Shown: positions 48,803 to 59,908 of the stretch, one piece after another | Layout of the letters: every line of letters begins with the position of its first letter | How positions within the stretch are numbered: position 1 is the stretch's first letter | NCBI GenBank assembly: GCA_964387275.1 | Contig: CAYLVW010000001.1 | Span: 150,619-214,618, forward strand | DNA length: 64,000 nucleotides | Reading direction: 5' to 3' | Source of the DNA: an uncultured Candidatus Saccharibacteria bacterium | Lineage (GTDB): Bacteria; Patescibacteriota; WWE3; UBA101185; UBA10185 | The notes under the pieces: generated by a model | What the model was told of the DNA's origin: nothing | Seen by the model: the letters and a program-made list of their open reading frames with translations, nothing else | Database searches by the model: none | Made by a program: the position numbers and the translations under genes

Positions 48803-50814
48803 AAAAAGCAATTATAACTGGTATTACAGGGCAAGATGGATCTTACCTTGCAGAGTTACTCCTCACCAAAGGTTATCAAGTTCACGGTATAGTAAGAAGG
48901 GCGTCAGAGTTTAATACATCTAGAATTGATCACTTATATAAAGACCCGCATATTCCTAACAATTCCTTTTTTTTACACTATGGGGATCTAACTGATAGTG
49001 GGGGTCTAGAAAGGCTTATTCGTGAGATAAATCCGGATGAAATATACAATATAGGGGCTCAAAGCCATGTAAAAGTCAGTTTTGAGATTCCTGAGTACAC
49101 AGCAAATACAGATGCTCTAGGTACAATGAGGATTTTAGAAATTATTAGAAATAACAATCCAAAAATAAAGTTCTATCAGGCTTCTAGTAGCGAGATGTTC
49201 GGTAAAGTTTTAGAAGTTCCTCAAAAAGAAACTACACCATTTTATCCAAGAAGTCCTTATGGTGTTTCTAAAGTTTTCGGACATCACATAGCAGTGAACT
49301 ACAGAGAAAGTTATGGAATTTTTGCCTGCTCAGGAATACTTTTTAACCACGAATCACCCAGACGCGGTAAGACTTTTGTTTCTCGCAAGATAGTCAGGGC
49401 TTTGGCAGATATAAAAACCGGCAAACAAGATATTTTATACTTAGGTAATTTGGATGCTAAAAGAGATTGGGGTTATGCAAAAGAGTATGTAAATGCTATG
49501 TGGTTAATGTTACAGCAGAAAGAACCTGATGACTTTGTTATTGCGACTGGTGAGACCCACACGGTTAGGGAGTTTGTGGAAGAAGCTGGAAAATACTTTG
49601 GTTACGATATAGTCTGGAAAGGTACTGGTTTTGATGAGATTGGGTATGACAAGAAAACTGATAAGATAATTGTAAAAATCGACAAAAACTACTATAGGCC
49701 TGCTGAAGTCGATTTACTCATTGGCGATTCCTCAAAAGCAAAAAAAGTATTGGGATGGGAACCTAAAGTAAAGTTTAAAGATCTCGTTACCATAATGTGC
49801 GACGCCGAAGTCATAGGCGAAAAAACTGAAGATTTCTCTCATTTACTCAAAATAAGCGTTGGGAAATTCGGAGACGATAAAGGCGCAAAAATTTATGTAG
49901 CAGGCCACAAGGGTTTGGTAGGATCTGCTATTGTTAGAAAACTTAATAAAGAAGGTTACACAAATCTTTTACTTAGAACTAAAGAAGAATTGGATCTTAC
50001 AAATGGAGATCAGGTCGCCAAATTTTTTTCTGATGAGAAACCTGAGTATGTATTTTTAGCTGCTGCTAAGGTCGGTGGGATACTTGCAAACCGTGACTTT
50101 GCAGCTGATTTTATTAGTGATAATTTAAGAATTCAAAACAATATAATACATAATTCTTATTTAAACGGTGTGAAGAAACTAGTATTTTTGGGTTCTACAT
50201 GCATATACCCTAAGCTTGCTCCACAACCATTAAAAGAAGAGTATTTACTGACAGGCCCTCTTGAGCCTACTAATGAAGCGTATGCGGTTGCAAAGATAGC
50301 TGGGATAAAAATGTGCGAGTACTACAACAAGCAGTATGGGACCAATTACATTTCTGTTATGCCTACAAATTTGTACGGGCAAAACGACAAATTTGATTTG
50401 CATACTTCTCATGTTCTTCCTGCTATGATTAGAAAGTTTTATGAAGCTAAAATAAACGGCAACACTGATGTGACATTATGGGGAACAGGTAATCCTAAGA
50501 GAGAGTTTTTGCATGTAGATGATTTAGCTGACGCTGTAGTATTTTTAATGCAAAATTATGATAGCAGCGAAATCATTAATATAGGTTACGGGGAGGATTT
50601 TAAAATCTCGGAGGTAGCCCAGATGATATCTGACATTGTTGGTTTTCAGGGTAAAGTTGTTTATGATTTGAGTAAGCCTGATGGCACACCAAGAAAACTT
50701 GTAGATACCACTAAGTTATTTAATTTAGGTTGGAGACCCAAATTTCATATAAAAGAGGGATTAAAACTTGCCATAGATTGGTATATTGAAAATGTCGCAA
50801 AAGGATCCAAATAA
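48799..50814 (+). CDS. gmd/fcl: Bifunctional fusion: GDP-mannose 4,6-dehydratase (N-terminal ~350 aa) plus GDP-L-fucose synthase / GDP-4-keto-6-deoxymannose 3,5-epimerase-4-reductase (C-terminal ~315 aa).
   Basis: The N-terminal half aligns along its length with E. coli Gmd ([22 protein letters not shown]...FNHESPRRG...YYRPAEVD). The C-terminal half aligns with E. coli Fcl ([19 protein letters not shown]...LAAAKVGGI...GSTCIYPK...KPDGTPRKL). It is a single uninterrupted ORF with a short linker ([13 protein letters not shown]). Confidence 0.88.
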   Translation: MKKAIITGITGQDGSYLAELLLTKGYQVHGIVRRASEFNTSRIDHLYKDPHIPNNSFFLHYGDLTDSGGLERLIREINPDEIYNIGAQSHVKVSFEIPEYTANTDALGTMRILEIIRNNNPKIKFYQASSSEMFGKVLEVPQKETTPFYPRSPYGVSKVFGHHIAVNYRESYGIFACSGILFNHESPRRGKTFVSRKIVRALADIKTGKQDILYLGNLDAKRDWGYAKEYVNAMWLMLQQKEPDDFVIATGETHTVREFVEEAGKYFGYDIVWKGTGFDEIGYDKKTDKIIVKIDKNYYRPAEVDLLIGDSSKAKKVLGWEPKVKFKDLVTIMCDAEVIGEKTEDFSHLLKISVGKFGDDKGAKIYVAGHKGLVGSAIVRKLNKEGYTNLLLRTKEELDLTNGDQVAKFFSDEKPEYVFLAAAKVGGILANRDFAADFISDNLRIQNNIIHNSYLNGVKKLVFLGSTCIYPKLAPQPLKEEYLLTGPLEPTNEAYAVAKIAGIKMCEYYNKQYGTNYISVMPTNLYGQNDKFDLHTSHVLPAMIRKFYEAKINGNTDVTLWGTGNPKREFLHVDDLADAVVFLMQNYDSSEIINIGYGEDFKISEVAQMISDIVGFQGKVVYDLSKPDGTPRKLVDTTKLFNLGWRPKFHIKEGLKLAIDWYIENVAKGSK

Positions 50815-51448
50815 TATTAAGGATTATTTTGAGAAGCAGTTTAAAGTTGATTTATTTAGTAAACTGGATTTCCCGTTTGAGGAAGGGAAATCCTTACTTG
50901 ATGCTGGGTGTGGAGATGCTGTAAATAGTGATATATTTCAATCTTTTTATAAGCTTAAGCTGAAGTCTTTTGACTTATACGAGCACCAAAATATTAAAAA
51001 GTTTCAAATTGATTTTAGAATTGGGTCAGTTCTTGATATACCTTTTGCAGATAACACATTTGACTATGTTTACTTACAGGATGTTTTACATCACATCGAT
51101 GAAGAAAATCAGGACAGGGATAAACATATAAAAGCACTCTATGAACTTAAAAGAGTAGTAAAACCAGGGGGTTATGTAATTATTGTAGAAGCAAAAAGAT
51201 ATAACCCTATGTTTTATCCATTTATGGTTAAATACCTAGGCCACGACCATTTTACTCATGGATATTATAAGAAGCTTGTTTCTGAGGCTTTTTCAGACTG
51301 TCCAGAGCAATTGCATAAGAGTTTTGAAGCACATTTTTACTTTTCAAGAGTATTAAGCTTTTGGAAATTGTACGAAAGATTTATGGAGAAATATAGTCCA
51401 GTAGACTTCTTAGCTTATAATGCATCTATTATTAAAAAACCTTTATGA
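50786..51448 (+). CDS. Class I SAM-dependent methyltransferase.
   Basis: [12 protein letters not shown] (motif I) and [10 protein letters not shown] (post-II). Confidence 0.75.
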   Translation: MKMSQKDPNNIKDYFEKQFKVDLFSKLDFPFEEGKSLLDAGCGDAVNSDIFQSFYKLKLKSFDLYEHQNIKKFQIDFRIGSVLDIPFADNTFDYVYLQDVLHHIDEENQDRDKHIKALYELKRVVKPGGYVIIVEAKRYNPMFYPFMVKYLGHDHFTHGYYKKLVSEAFSDCPEQLHKSFEAHFYFSRVLSFWKLYERFMEKYSPVDFLAYNASIIKKPL

Positions 51449-52572
51449 AAAGTTTTTTGATTGTAACTCATAAGTTTCTTACATTACCTGATGACGAGCT
51501 TGTTTCTTATCTAATTGACAAAAACATTTCAGTATTGCACATTAATCATTCATTTAATGATGCTCCAGATAGAGTGAGTAAGTGCGAATACTATGTGGGT
51601 GGTAAAAGAGTTTCCACTTGTAAGTCTTGGGATTTTAAGTTTCTACCAGAACCTTTAATTTACTTGAAGGAGTTGTTGTTTACATTTTATTACGTAGCTA
51701 GGTATTTTAAGAAATACGATTACTACATTGGTCTGGATGGTTTATGTGTTTTTTTTGGGTTATTATTGAGGTTTTTTGGAGTAGTTGGTAAGGTAGTATA
51801 TTGGGCTATTGATTTTGTGCCAAAGGATAGGTTTAGTTCTAAGCTTAAAAATTTTATATATACAAGTATTAATATTCTAGGTTATAGAAATTGTGATGAG
51901 ATGTGGGATTTATCTCCGAGGATGCAGGAAGCAAGATCTGAATTTTTGGGAGTATCTACTAAAGACTATAAATCTCTAAAGGTAGTTCCGTATGGGTTTT
52001 GGACTACCCGTATTAAAACTTACAAATATGAAGAATCTGACAAGAAAAAATTAGTTTTCATGGGTCACTTGATTGAAAAGCAGGGAGTTCAATTGTTGTT
52101 GCAAGCCTTAGTGTTATTGCCAGATGAAATTACATTAAAAATTATTGGCATAGGAAACTATAAAGAAAGTCTCGTAGGTTTGTCAAAATCTTTGGGTATT
52201 TATCACAGATGTGAATTTGTTGGTAAAATCGAAGACATCAGAATTTTAGAAGATGAGATAGCTAAATGTGCAATAGCTGTTGCTCCCTACATAAAATCTT
52301 TAGATACTTGGACTTATTATGCAGATCCAGGCAAAGTTAAAACATATATTGCCTGTGGTGTACCGATTTTACTTACAGATCTTCCTTGGAATAGTTCTGA
52401 CATAGTAGAGAGTAAATGTGGGTTTATAATCCAGGAAGATCCAAAAGATATTGCTGATAAGGTACTAGTATTATTAGATATTAAGCTAAATAATTTATAT
52501 CGTGAGAATTGTATTAACTATTCCAAATCTTATGATTATGAAAAAATATTTAGTGGGGCTGTAAGTTTATGA
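51445..52572 (+). CDS. GT-B glycosyltransferase (GT4-like C-terminal domain).
   Basis: [22 protein letters not shown]...FVGKIED...[21 protein letters not shown] resembles a Glycos_transf_1 core. Confidence 0.6.
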   Translation: MKSFLIVTHKFLTLPDDELVSYLIDKNISVLHINHSFNDAPDRVSKCEYYVGGKRVSTCKSWDFKFLPEPLIYLKELLFTFYYVARYFKKYDYYIGLDGLCVFFGLLLRFFGVVGKVVYWAIDFVPKDRFSSKLKNFIYTSINILGYRNCDEMWDLSPRMQEARSEFLGVSTKDYKSLKVVPYGFWTTRIKTYKYEESDKKKLVFMGHLIEKQGVQLLLQALVLLPDEITLKIIGIGNYKESLVGLSKSLGIYHRCEFVGKIEDIRILEDEIAKCAIAVAPYIKSLDTWTYYADPGKVKTYIACGVPILLTDLPWNSSDIVESKCGFIIQEDPKDIADKVLVLLDIKLNNLYRENCINYSKSYDYEKIFSGAVSL

Positions 52573-53051
52573 CACAGGATATAATTTACGAAAAAACGAT
52601 ACCTAGAAAGAATCTATTAATAACTGGATTACTTTTTTTAAAGTTCCCTCTATATATACCTTTTGTTAATATGTTGGTGAGGAAATGGCTAAAGCACAGT
52701 TCTGATATAGAAATCATCCCTGGTTTTATGAGTTTTTACGCAAATATCTATGCTAAAAACGCATTTTTATGTGACACATATTTTGCAGATTATGCGCCGG
52801 TGCACATTGGTGAGGGTACACATTTTTCATTTCAATGTATGGTTTTAACATCAAAACATGATAAATCAGATTTCCAGAAAATTATTTGTTCTCCGGTTAA
52901 TATAGGAAAAAATGTATATATAGGAGCTAGGGTTTTGATACTTCCCGGTGTGAGTATTGGAGATAATGCTGTAATTGGTTCTGGGTGCGTCGTTTCTAAA
53001 GATGTCCCTAGTGGGGCTTTTGTGGTGGGAAACCCTATGGTGATAAAGTGA
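52569..53051 (+). CDS. Left-handed beta-helix (hexapeptide repeat) O-acetyltransferase, maltose/galactoside acetyltransferase-like.
   Basis: [45 protein letters not shown] contains tandem hexapeptide repeats. Confidence 0.8.
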   Translation: MTQDIIYEKTIPRKNLLITGLLFLKFPLYIPFVNMLVRKWLKHSSDIEIIPGFMSFYANIYAKNAFLCDTYFADYAPVHIGEGTHFSFQCMVLTSKHDKSDFQKIICSPVNIGKNVYIGARVLILPGVSIGDNAVIGSGCVVSKDVPSGAFVVGNPMVIK

Positions 53052-54100
53052 AAGTTTTATACCATGTGCCACATTTAAATACCGTATATGCTGGAAGAAC
53101 TATATATAAGGGTTACGAAAATGCTTGGAAGTACCTAGGGCACTCATTTAGATTTCTCACGTCTGAGGATAAAGCCAAAGAGGTATTTTACTCCTATGAG
53201 CCGGATATTTTTGTAACAAGTTTAAATATTTATAACCTCAAGTTTTTAGATCTTAGCTTGCTTAAACAAGTAAAAAAGGACCTAAGGACAAAAGTTTTTG
53301 TTAATACACCTTTTTGGAACTCTCCATTTACAGTACTTAGGCCTAACGAGGCGGGCAGTTTAGCTAAAAATAGAAGCTACATTGAGCTTATTAAGTCAGG
53401 TAACTATGGTGATGTTTACTATAATGTGTGTGAGAAGGACGATGAGAGAATGGCGGGTTTTGATAAAGAATTTGGATTTGGTCACGAAACTATATTACTT
53501 GCCGCAGACGATATTATTAATTACCCCGAGACTTCTGAGCTATTCACATCAGATATTTCATTTTTAGGGACAAATTTACCAGATAAGAGAAAATTTTTTG
53601 AAGAAAGACTTTTTCCGTTAGGTGAGAAATATAAACTTCGCCTATATGGTCAGGATTGGTCTTACTTAGATAAACTAACTGGGATGGTAAAAAAATTTGG
53701 CCAATTGTTTGATGTTCCTTATTTAAAAAATCTACAGAAACCAACACTAGCGCTTGAAGATGAGAGGAAGATTTATTTTAATTCCATAATTAGTTTGAAC
53801 ATACACGAAGAATACCAGAGGATATATGGAGGAGATTGTAATGAGAGGACATTTAAAATCCCTCTGTGTGGAGGATTTGAGGTTGTAGACGATATTTCCT
53901 GTATTAGAAAATATTTTATAGACGGAAAAGACATAATAATTGCAAAAGACAAGAATGACTGGTTTGAGAAAATCGATTATTATATTAGAAATCCGGAGAA
54001 AAGAGCTCCGATAATTGAAGCAGGTCGAGAAAAAGTAGCAAATAAACACACATATAAAAACAGAGTTAATCAAATTATAGGGATTTATAATAAACTATGA
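53048..54100 (+). CDS. CgeB-like glycosyltransferase (Glyco_trans_1_2 family).
   Basis: C-terminal [18 protein letters not shown]...[31 protein letters not shown] matches the CgeB-family consensus (N.RtFEipacGg...YYL.nPeeR..IA..G...v...HTY..R). Confidence 0.65.
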   Translation: MKVLYHVPHLNTVYAGRTIYKGYENAWKYLGHSFRFLTSEDKAKEVFYSYEPDIFVTSLNIYNLKFLDLSLLKQVKKDLRTKVFVNTPFWNSPFTVLRPNEAGSLAKNRSYIELIKSGNYGDVYYNVCEKDDERMAGFDKEFGFGHETILLAADDIINYPETSELFTSDISFLGTNLPDKRKFFEERLFPLGEKYKLRLYGQDWSYLDKLTGMVKKFGQLFDVPYLKNLQKPTLALEDERKIYFNSIISLNIHEEYQRIYGGDCNERTFKIPLCGGFEVVDDISCIRKYFIDGKDIIIAKDKNDWFEKIDYYIRNPEKRAPIIEAGREKVANKHTYKNRVNQIIGIYNKL

Positions 54101-54687
54101 GCAATAAAGTTATATTAAATTTAGGTTGTGGGAAGACACGTATTCCTAATTCTGTAGGAGTGGACTATTCGCAAATCCCTGGTTTTACTGATGTAGTACA
54201 TGATTTGGACACTATCCCATACCCCTTTGACTCGAATAGTGTTGATGAGATACATATGTACCATGTACTTGAACATCTCTCAAGTCCGATAAAAAAGCTA
54301 GAAGAGTTGCATAGAATTCTCAAGAAAGGTGGAATGCTTTACATGAGAATGCCTCATTTTTCTTCTATGGGAGCTTTTACAGATATCACTCATGTAAGAC
54401 CTTTTGGATTCTATTCATTTGATTGCTTTGAGCCCAACCATTATCAGCATTTCTATACTAAAGCAGAGTTTGAAATTGTTGAGAGAAGAATCAAATATTT
54501 CGGTTTGTGTGGTAATAAAGGTGACTATGCTAAATATATACATGGTAATTCATGCCCTATTCTTATAGTTCCTTTTGTAACTGTACTAGACTTTTTTATA
54601 AATATAAATCCGATGTTTTTTGAGAGATTTTGGGGATATTTAGTGGGAGGCGCTACAGAGGTAGTTGTTACTTTAAAAAAGCTATGA
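54097..54687 (+). CDS. Class I SAM-dependent methyltransferase.
   Basis: VILNLGCGKTRIP (motif I), DEIHMYHVLEHL and KKGGMLYMRMPH. Confidence 0.75.
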   Translation: MSNKVILNLGCGKTRIPNSVGVDYSQIPGFTDVVHDLDTIPYPFDSNSVDEIHMYHVLEHLSSPIKKLEELHRILKKGGMLYMRMPHFSSMGAFTDITHVRPFGFYSFDCFEPNHYQHFYTKAEFEIVERRIKYFGLCGNKGDYAKYIHGNSCPILIVPFVTVLDFFININPMFFERFWGYLVGGATEVVVTLKKL

Positions 54688-56135
54688 GTAATATCGAGAA
54701 AGATCAAGAAAAGTTTTTTAATGAAAATTCAGTTAAAAACTTTAAGATAAAAAAGGACTTATTTTATGATTGGGCTAATAAGGAGCAATTTGAAGGTTTT
54801 GATTGGTTATCTGACTCACAGACAATATTGGAGTATGGTTGTGGGACAGGTGGTTCTCTTGATGTACTATTTGATAGACATGACAGAGCAAAATTCAATA
54901 TTATAGGTGTTGACATAGCTGAGATGGCTCTTGAGAAAGCTAAGGAAGCATACCCAGAGTTTAAATTTATTAAGATTACTGATAATTCTATACCTGATGT
55001 TTTAGAAAAGTCAGTAGATGCGTCTTTTATGTTTCATGTACTTCATCATTCAACTGGACATCAGAAAATGTTTGATGAGATATTCTCAAAACTAAAGCCT
55101 GGTGGGAAATTTCTAATTAATGATTTAACTTCTAGAAACCCAATAGTGTTATTGGGTAGGGAGGTTTTTTCGAGATTTAGTTTTTTCTTTGCTCCGAAAT
55201 TTGAAGAAGACTTAGTTGTAGATGGTAAAATACCGGAAAAGTATCGTGTAGATGTAAGTGAGAAGGTACAACAGCTCCAACAGGCTGGTTTTATAATAAG
55301 TGAGGTGTCTTATGGTCATTTATTCTTTTTTCTTTTCCACTGGATTGACAAATTTACTAATTTATCCCAGTTTAGTTTTGTAAAATATATATACAGTCTG
55401 ATTATTAATATAGAGAGTATCTTTACAAAGATTCCGTTTTTTCACAATTTTTGTGAAGTGGTTAGTATTAAAGCTATCAAGCCCCATGACTCTCAGAAGC
55501 TAAATTCTGTGTTAGGGTCAGGGGACTATTCCGATTCTTTTAATATGGAAGTATACAATCAGGTAAGTGTTAATTCCCATTGTCTTGATGTTGGGTGTTG
55601 GAGTGGGAATTTGGGTAAGAAATTGGTAGTTTCAAAAGGTTGTACTGTTGAGGGAGTTGAGATAAATGAGACCGCTATTATTAAAGCTTTGGGTAACGGG
55701 TATGCTAAGGTTTATAGAGTAAACTTGAACTCTGAGAAACTAGATTTTTCTGATATAACTACAAAGTATGACTATATTGTTCTTGCAGATGTTTTAGAGC
55801 ATCTAGTAAACCCTGAAGCTGTACTTACAATTTTAAAAGACTTTTTAAAAGAAGATGGGAAGTTGGTTGTGTCTGTTCCAAATGTAGCTTTTATTTTGAA
55901 CAGATTGAACCTACTTATTGGTAATTGGAACTATCGGGATTTTGGTACATTAGACAAAACACATCTAAAGTTTTATACGTTTTCTACGATACAAAAACTA
56001 CTAAAAGACTGTGGTTTTAATATCGTCAAAATAAAAGGTTATAACCAGTTTGCAAGTCTAAAAACTCTTGGGTTGTTTAAAGTATTTTTTCCGAAGATAT
56101 TTTCATACCAGATACTTATAACTGCTAGAATATAG
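54684..56135 (+). CDS. Tandem two-domain SAM-dependent methyltransferase.
   Basis: Domain 1 has ILEYGCGTGGSLDVL...FMFHVLHH...LKPGGKFLIND. Domain 2 has CLDVGCWSGNLGKKL...VLADVLEHL...LKEDGKLVVSVPN. Start moved to MSNIEK (54684), a 4-nt overlap with the upstream stop. Confidence 0.75.
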   Translation: MSNIEKDQEKFFNENSVKNFKIKKDLFYDWANKEQFEGFDWLSDSQTILEYGCGTGGSLDVLFDRHDRAKFNIIGVDIAEMALEKAKEAYPEFKFIKITDNSIPDVLEKSVDASFMFHVLHHSTGHQKMFDEIFSKLKPGGKFLINDLTSRNPIVLLGREVFSRFSFFFAPKFEEDLVVDGKIPEKYRVDVSEKVQQLQQAGFIISEVSYGHLFFFLFHWIDKFTNLSQFSFVKYIYSLIINIESIFTKIPFFHNFCEVVSIKAIKPHDSQKLNSVLGSGDYSDSFNMEVYNQVSVNSHCLDVGCWSGNLGKKLVVSKGCTVEGVEINETAIIKALGNGYAKVYRVNLNSEKLDFSDITTKYDYIVLADVLEHLVNPEAVLTILKDFLKEDGKLVVSVPNVAFILNRLNLLIGNWNYRDFGTLDKTHLKFYTFSTIQKLLKDCGFNIVKIKGYNQFASLKTLGLFKVFFPKIFSYQILITARI

Positions 56136-56137
56136 GT

Positions 56138-57187
56138 ATGGATAAACCACTTCTTACTATTTGTATACCAGCATATAACAGACCTGATACCTTATCTGAA
56201 GTATTAGAATCCATAAAAAAACAAAACTCCGCAGAAATTAGAGTAATTGTGTCAGATGATGCATCACCAGATGCTAATGCTATGAGAATTGCAGTAGATC
56301 CGTATCTACAGAGTATGGAGAACCTTTCTTATCACAGAAAGGAGAGTAACGTTGGGTATAGTGCAAATGTTATTTCCCTATACGAGATGGCTGATACAAG
56401 GTACATTTGGTTTTTTTGTGATGATGACATTCCATTGGAGGGTTCTATACAAACAGTCTTAGGGCAAATTAAATCAAAGGAACCTGTTGTCGCTGTTTTT
56501 AATCATATGCAATTTGATCCTTATGAGCGATATATTGAAGCTGGTGTGAAGCATGATGTTGTATATACAGATATCTCCCAGATAAGAGACTATCAAGAGC
56601 TTCAAAGAATAACTTTTTTGTCAGTCCTTGTTGTTGAGAAGAGAGATATTAGTCTGGAGCAGTTAAAGCAGACAGATTACACTAATAATGTGTTTGTCCA
56701 ACTCACTTTATCTTTGATGCTTTTAAGTGACAAGTTTAGATACTGCCAGTTAGCAAAACCTATACTCCATAGAAATGTGGGATATAACTACGGAGATTTT
56801 TTCAAATTCTATATAGTGGATCATTTGCGAGCCGTAAACATTGTTAAAACCAAATTTGATCCGAATAAGTTTTTATTTTGGTCATTTAGGCACCTTCCTA
56901 TAGCATTCAATCTTTACCTATCTCAGAAACTTGGTTTATACGCGTACAGAAAAAGGCCAACTCTTAAAACTATTAAAGATATTTTTAGGTATTGGGGAGC
57001 GCTGGGAATACTTCCGATCGTAATTCCAGTAGTATCATTTTTTATACCCTCAATACTTCTTAAAGGTATATTTATGCTTATGTTAATCAAAGATCATGGC
57101 TATGAGAGAGCAAAATACTTATATGCAAAAAACATCAACCGTGCTTATAATGATACAAGAAAAACAGGATTTATAAATTATAGATAG
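56138..57187 (+). CDS. GT2 glycosyltransferase.
   Basis: LLTICIPAYNRPDTLSEVLESIKKQ...VIVSDDASPD...FCDDD. Confidence 0.8.
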   Translation: MDKPLLTICIPAYNRPDTLSEVLESIKKQNSAEIRVIVSDDASPDANAMRIAVDPYLQSMENLSYHRKESNVGYSANVISLYEMADTRYIWFFCDDDIPLEGSIQTVLGQIKSKEPVVAVFNHMQFDPYERYIEAGVKHDVVYTDISQIRDYQELQRITFLSVLVVEKRDISLEQLKQTDYTNNVFVQLTLSLMLLSDKFRYCQLAKPILHRNVGYNYGDFFKFYIVDHLRAVNIVKTKFDPNKFLFWSFRHLPIAFNLYLSQKLGLYAYRKRPTLKTIKDIFRYWGALGILPIVIPVVSFFIPSILLKGIFMLMLIKDHGYERAKYLYAKNINRAYNDTRKTGFINYR

Positions 57188-57191
57188 GCAT

Positions 57192-57902
57192 ATGAAATAC
57201 TTTACAAAATTTTTTACATATTTCAACTTTTTGAAGACATACCTTATCCCTGGTAGTAAGAATTCAGTAATAGATGCTTTTCACACGTTATACTACGACT
57301 CTTACTTGGTGGGAGGTACTTGGTCTAGAAACACATTTTTAGGAACTCCTATACAGAAATGTCCGATGGATCTTCAAACCTATCAAGAAATACTATATGA
57401 AACTAAGCCAGATCTCATAATCGAATGTGGCACTGCCTTTGGTGGGGGTGCCTTATACCTGGCTAGTTTGTGTGATTTGATAGGCGTTGGCGAAGTTGTG
57501 ACTATTGATGTAGTAAATAGACCTGAATTCCCAAAACACCCAAAAATTACTTATCTAACTGGTTCCTCTACTGATCCAGAGATAGTAGCTAAAGTAAGAG
57601 ATCTAGCTAAAGGAAAAAGTAGGGTTATGGTCATATTAGACTCAGATCATAGAATGTCTCACGTTCTTACAGAACTTGAACTCTATCATTCATTTGTAAC
57701 TGCTGGGTGTTATCTAATAGTAGAAGATACTAATGTAAACGGTCATCCTGTAAGGCCTGAGCATGGTGAAGGCCCTTATGAGGCACTTACAAGGTTTTTG
57801 GAAATCAACAAAAGCTTTGAGATAGATAAGCTAAGGGAAAGCGGTTATATAACTTTTAACCCTAGTGGCTATCTTAAGAAAATAAAAACTCAGAATTTGT
57901 AG
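57192..57902 (+). CDS. CmcI/cephalosporin-hydroxylase-family (PF04989-type) sugar O-methyltransferase.
   Basis: YLVGGTWSRNTFLGTPIQKCPMDLQTYQEILYETKPDLIIECGTAFGGGALYLA matches the CmcI-family core used by rhamnosyl/fucosyl O-methyltransferases. Confidence 0.7.
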   Translation: MKYFTKFFTYFNFLKTYLIPGSKNSVIDAFHTLYYDSYLVGGTWSRNTFLGTPIQKCPMDLQTYQEILYETKPDLIIECGTAFGGGALYLASLCDLIGVGEVVTIDVVNRPEFPKHPKITYLTGSSTDPEIVAKVRDLAKGKSRVMVILDSDHRMSHVLTELELYHSFVTAGCYLIVEDTNVNGHPVRPEHGEGPYEALTRFLEINKSFEIDKLRESGYITFNPSGYLKKIKTQNL

Positions 57903-57928
57903 AAGTTTTCTATTACTGCCCTCATAAA

Positions 57929-59908
57929 ATGAAAAAAACTTTAGCGTTACTGATATTTGTAACTATATTAATATTTATTTCCATTTTCTCTAAAATACCT
58001 AATGACAGTTTTTTGTTTATACATGATGAGTATTTAGTCTTTACTAAAGATGAAGCATTGAACTCTTTTTTTGTACGAAGCAGCAATGATCTAGGTTATT
58101 CAACATTTTCTATAATTCTTGTTACTTTTTGGGACAGGGTTCTTTACTTGGTTTTATATTATCTAGGGTTATCTCTTCCTTACGTTTCAAAAGTAAGTTA
58201 TCTTATTAAGTTTCTATTGATCACAGTATTACCTTTTTTTGGTTTCAAAAAGATTATTGAGCATATGGGTAGGGTAGATTGGTTAAGTTTATTTTTTCTT
58301 AGTTTATTTTATGCATTTGGTTCATTCCCATTAGTATATTGGCATGGTAATGGATTTTCCTTAAGTTTACTAATATTTTATTCCTTAGCTCCTCTGGCTT
58401 TTTGGTATGTAATAGAAATATGTCGGAGAGAGCTTGCTTTAATTGAATTGATAAGTTTCGTTATTCTGCTTTTTTTTATGAGTTTTGGTTTTTACATTTA
58501 CTTAGTATTTATATTTGTATCTTTCTTGTATGTCTTGTTCTTAGGTAGAAATAAGTTTTTTGTGACTAATTTGGTTAAGTTGTTTTTGTTATTTTTACCA
58601 TTTATTAGTTTACTTTGGCTTATTGTTTATGATATGTTTTTTACTTCGGTTCAAAATGTGAACTTTTCCGGTGGAGAAACATACAATCAGATCAGAGGAG
58701 GTTTTCTTTACCCACTATTTCAATGGTTTTCTTGGGGCATTTATACTATTTGGACTCCCAGATCAATCTTTACTTTTTACGAATATTTACAAGGCCCTTT
58801 CTACATTTTACCTCTTGTGGGTATGTACATATACATAGGTTATTTAAGTTACAAGTATAAGTTTTGTCGTTTTTTCTACATACTGCTTGGAATAATGCTT
58901 TTTGTTTTGTTATTAGTGAAAGGCTCTCAGCCGCCATTTAACGACTTATATTTATATTTAGTTGAAAACGTAGCAATATTTAGGGTATTTAGATCTCCAG
59001 ATAATAAGTTTGGCTTTGGGGTATTCTTTGTGCTTACACTTATTATTTCGTATGTAGTGTCAAAGTACTACTCGTTTAGGGTAAGGCATAAAGTGTTGTT
59101 TGTTGGTTTTCTATCTATTTTTGTTTTGTCTCAAGTTTGGGTTTTTATTTCTTCAAGAGGTTTAATCGGTGAGGATTCATCAGTATCTTCTGACAGGGTT
59201 GTTAGTATACCTGAAAATTACACTAGCTTGGCTAATTTTATAAATAGGTTACCTTATGGCTATATTATTACCTCACCGGAATCAGATTTTAGCTATTTTT
59301 CAATAGGTGAAGATAGGCATTTCGGGCAGGACATTCTACCAAAAATTATCTTTAAGCCTTTTATTTACACCAATGAGCACTCTTCAATTTCAAAAGATGC
59401 CAGCTTAATAATAAAAGACGCTATACAAAGTGCTGATTATACAAAAACCCCAATAAAATACTACTTGCTTAGAAAAGACAATATTTTAAAACTAAAACCT
59501 GAGATTATCCCGGGTGACTGGCCTTTACTATATTCAGATTCCACATTTTCTCTTTATTCTGTAATAGAAAGTATGGAAGTAATCTCCTCCACCTCCCCTA
59601 TTAGATTTGAGTATAAATCTCCTATATTATTTAAAATTGTGACTACAACTGGAAATTCCCAAAATATTACTTTAAATGAGAATTATTCATTAGGCTGGGG
59701 GTTATTGGGTGGGAATTCAGTATTAAAAGCAAGTAGAGTTGGGGCTTCAGATTATGGTAATTATTGGGAGCTTGAAGCAAGTGAGGTTTCAAGAGAAATG
59801 ATGTTATACTATGAGCCTCAGAACTATTTATACTTAGGAATTATTATATCTTTAGTATATTTATTGCTACTGGTTATTGCCCGACTGGTTTTCTGGTTAA
59901 GATCATGA
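57929..59908 (+). CDS. Large polytopic membrane protein (659 aa), putative GT-C glycosyltransferase. Paralog of 59905..61998.
   Basis: About 13 TM segments plus a C-terminal soluble domain and a final TM. Shares colinear motifs with the next gene (IHDEYLVF/IGDQFLRF, GSQPPFNDLYLY/AAQPPFGEIFMF, FRVFRSPDNKFGFGV/FGVFRSADARFGLAV). Confidence 0.5.
   Translation: MKKTLALLIFVTILIFISIFSKIPNDSFLFIHDEYLVFTKDEALNSFFVRSSNDLGYSTFSIILVTFWDRVLYLVLYYLGLSLPYVSKVSYLIKFLLITVLPFFGFKKIIEHMGRVDWLSLFFLSLFYAFGSFPLVYWHGNGFSLSLLIFYSLAPLAFWYVIEICRRELALIELISFVILLFFMSFGFYIYLVFIFVSFLYVLFLGRNKFFVTNLVKLFLLFLPFISLLWLIVYDMFFTSVQNVNFSGGETYNQIRGGFLYPLFQWFSWGIYTIWTPRSIFTFYEYLQGPFYILPLVGMYIYIGYLSYKYKFCRFFYILLGIMLFVLLLVKGSQPPFNDLYLYLVENVAIFRVFRSPDNKFGFGVFFVLTLIISYVVSKYYSFRVRHKVLFVGFLSIFVLSQVWVFISSRGLIGEDSSVSSDRVVSIPENYTSLANFINRLPYGYIITSPESDFSYFSIGEDRHFGQDILPKIIFKPFIYTNEHSSISKDASLIIKDAIQSADYTKTPIKYYLLRKDNILKLKPEIIPGDWPLLYSDSTFSLYSVIESMEVISSTSPIRFEYKSPILFKIVTTTGNSQNITLNENYSLGWGLLGGNSVLKASRVGASDYGNYWELEASEVSREMMLYYEPQNYLYLGIIISLVYLLLLVIARLVFWLRS

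Noticed and set aside
54630-54683. Upstream extension of the tandem methyltransferase ORF (ORF-track start 54630)
   Set aside because: It would overlap the preceding gene by 58 nt. The internal ATG at 54684 gives a 4-nt ATGA-type overlap consistent with the rest of the operon.
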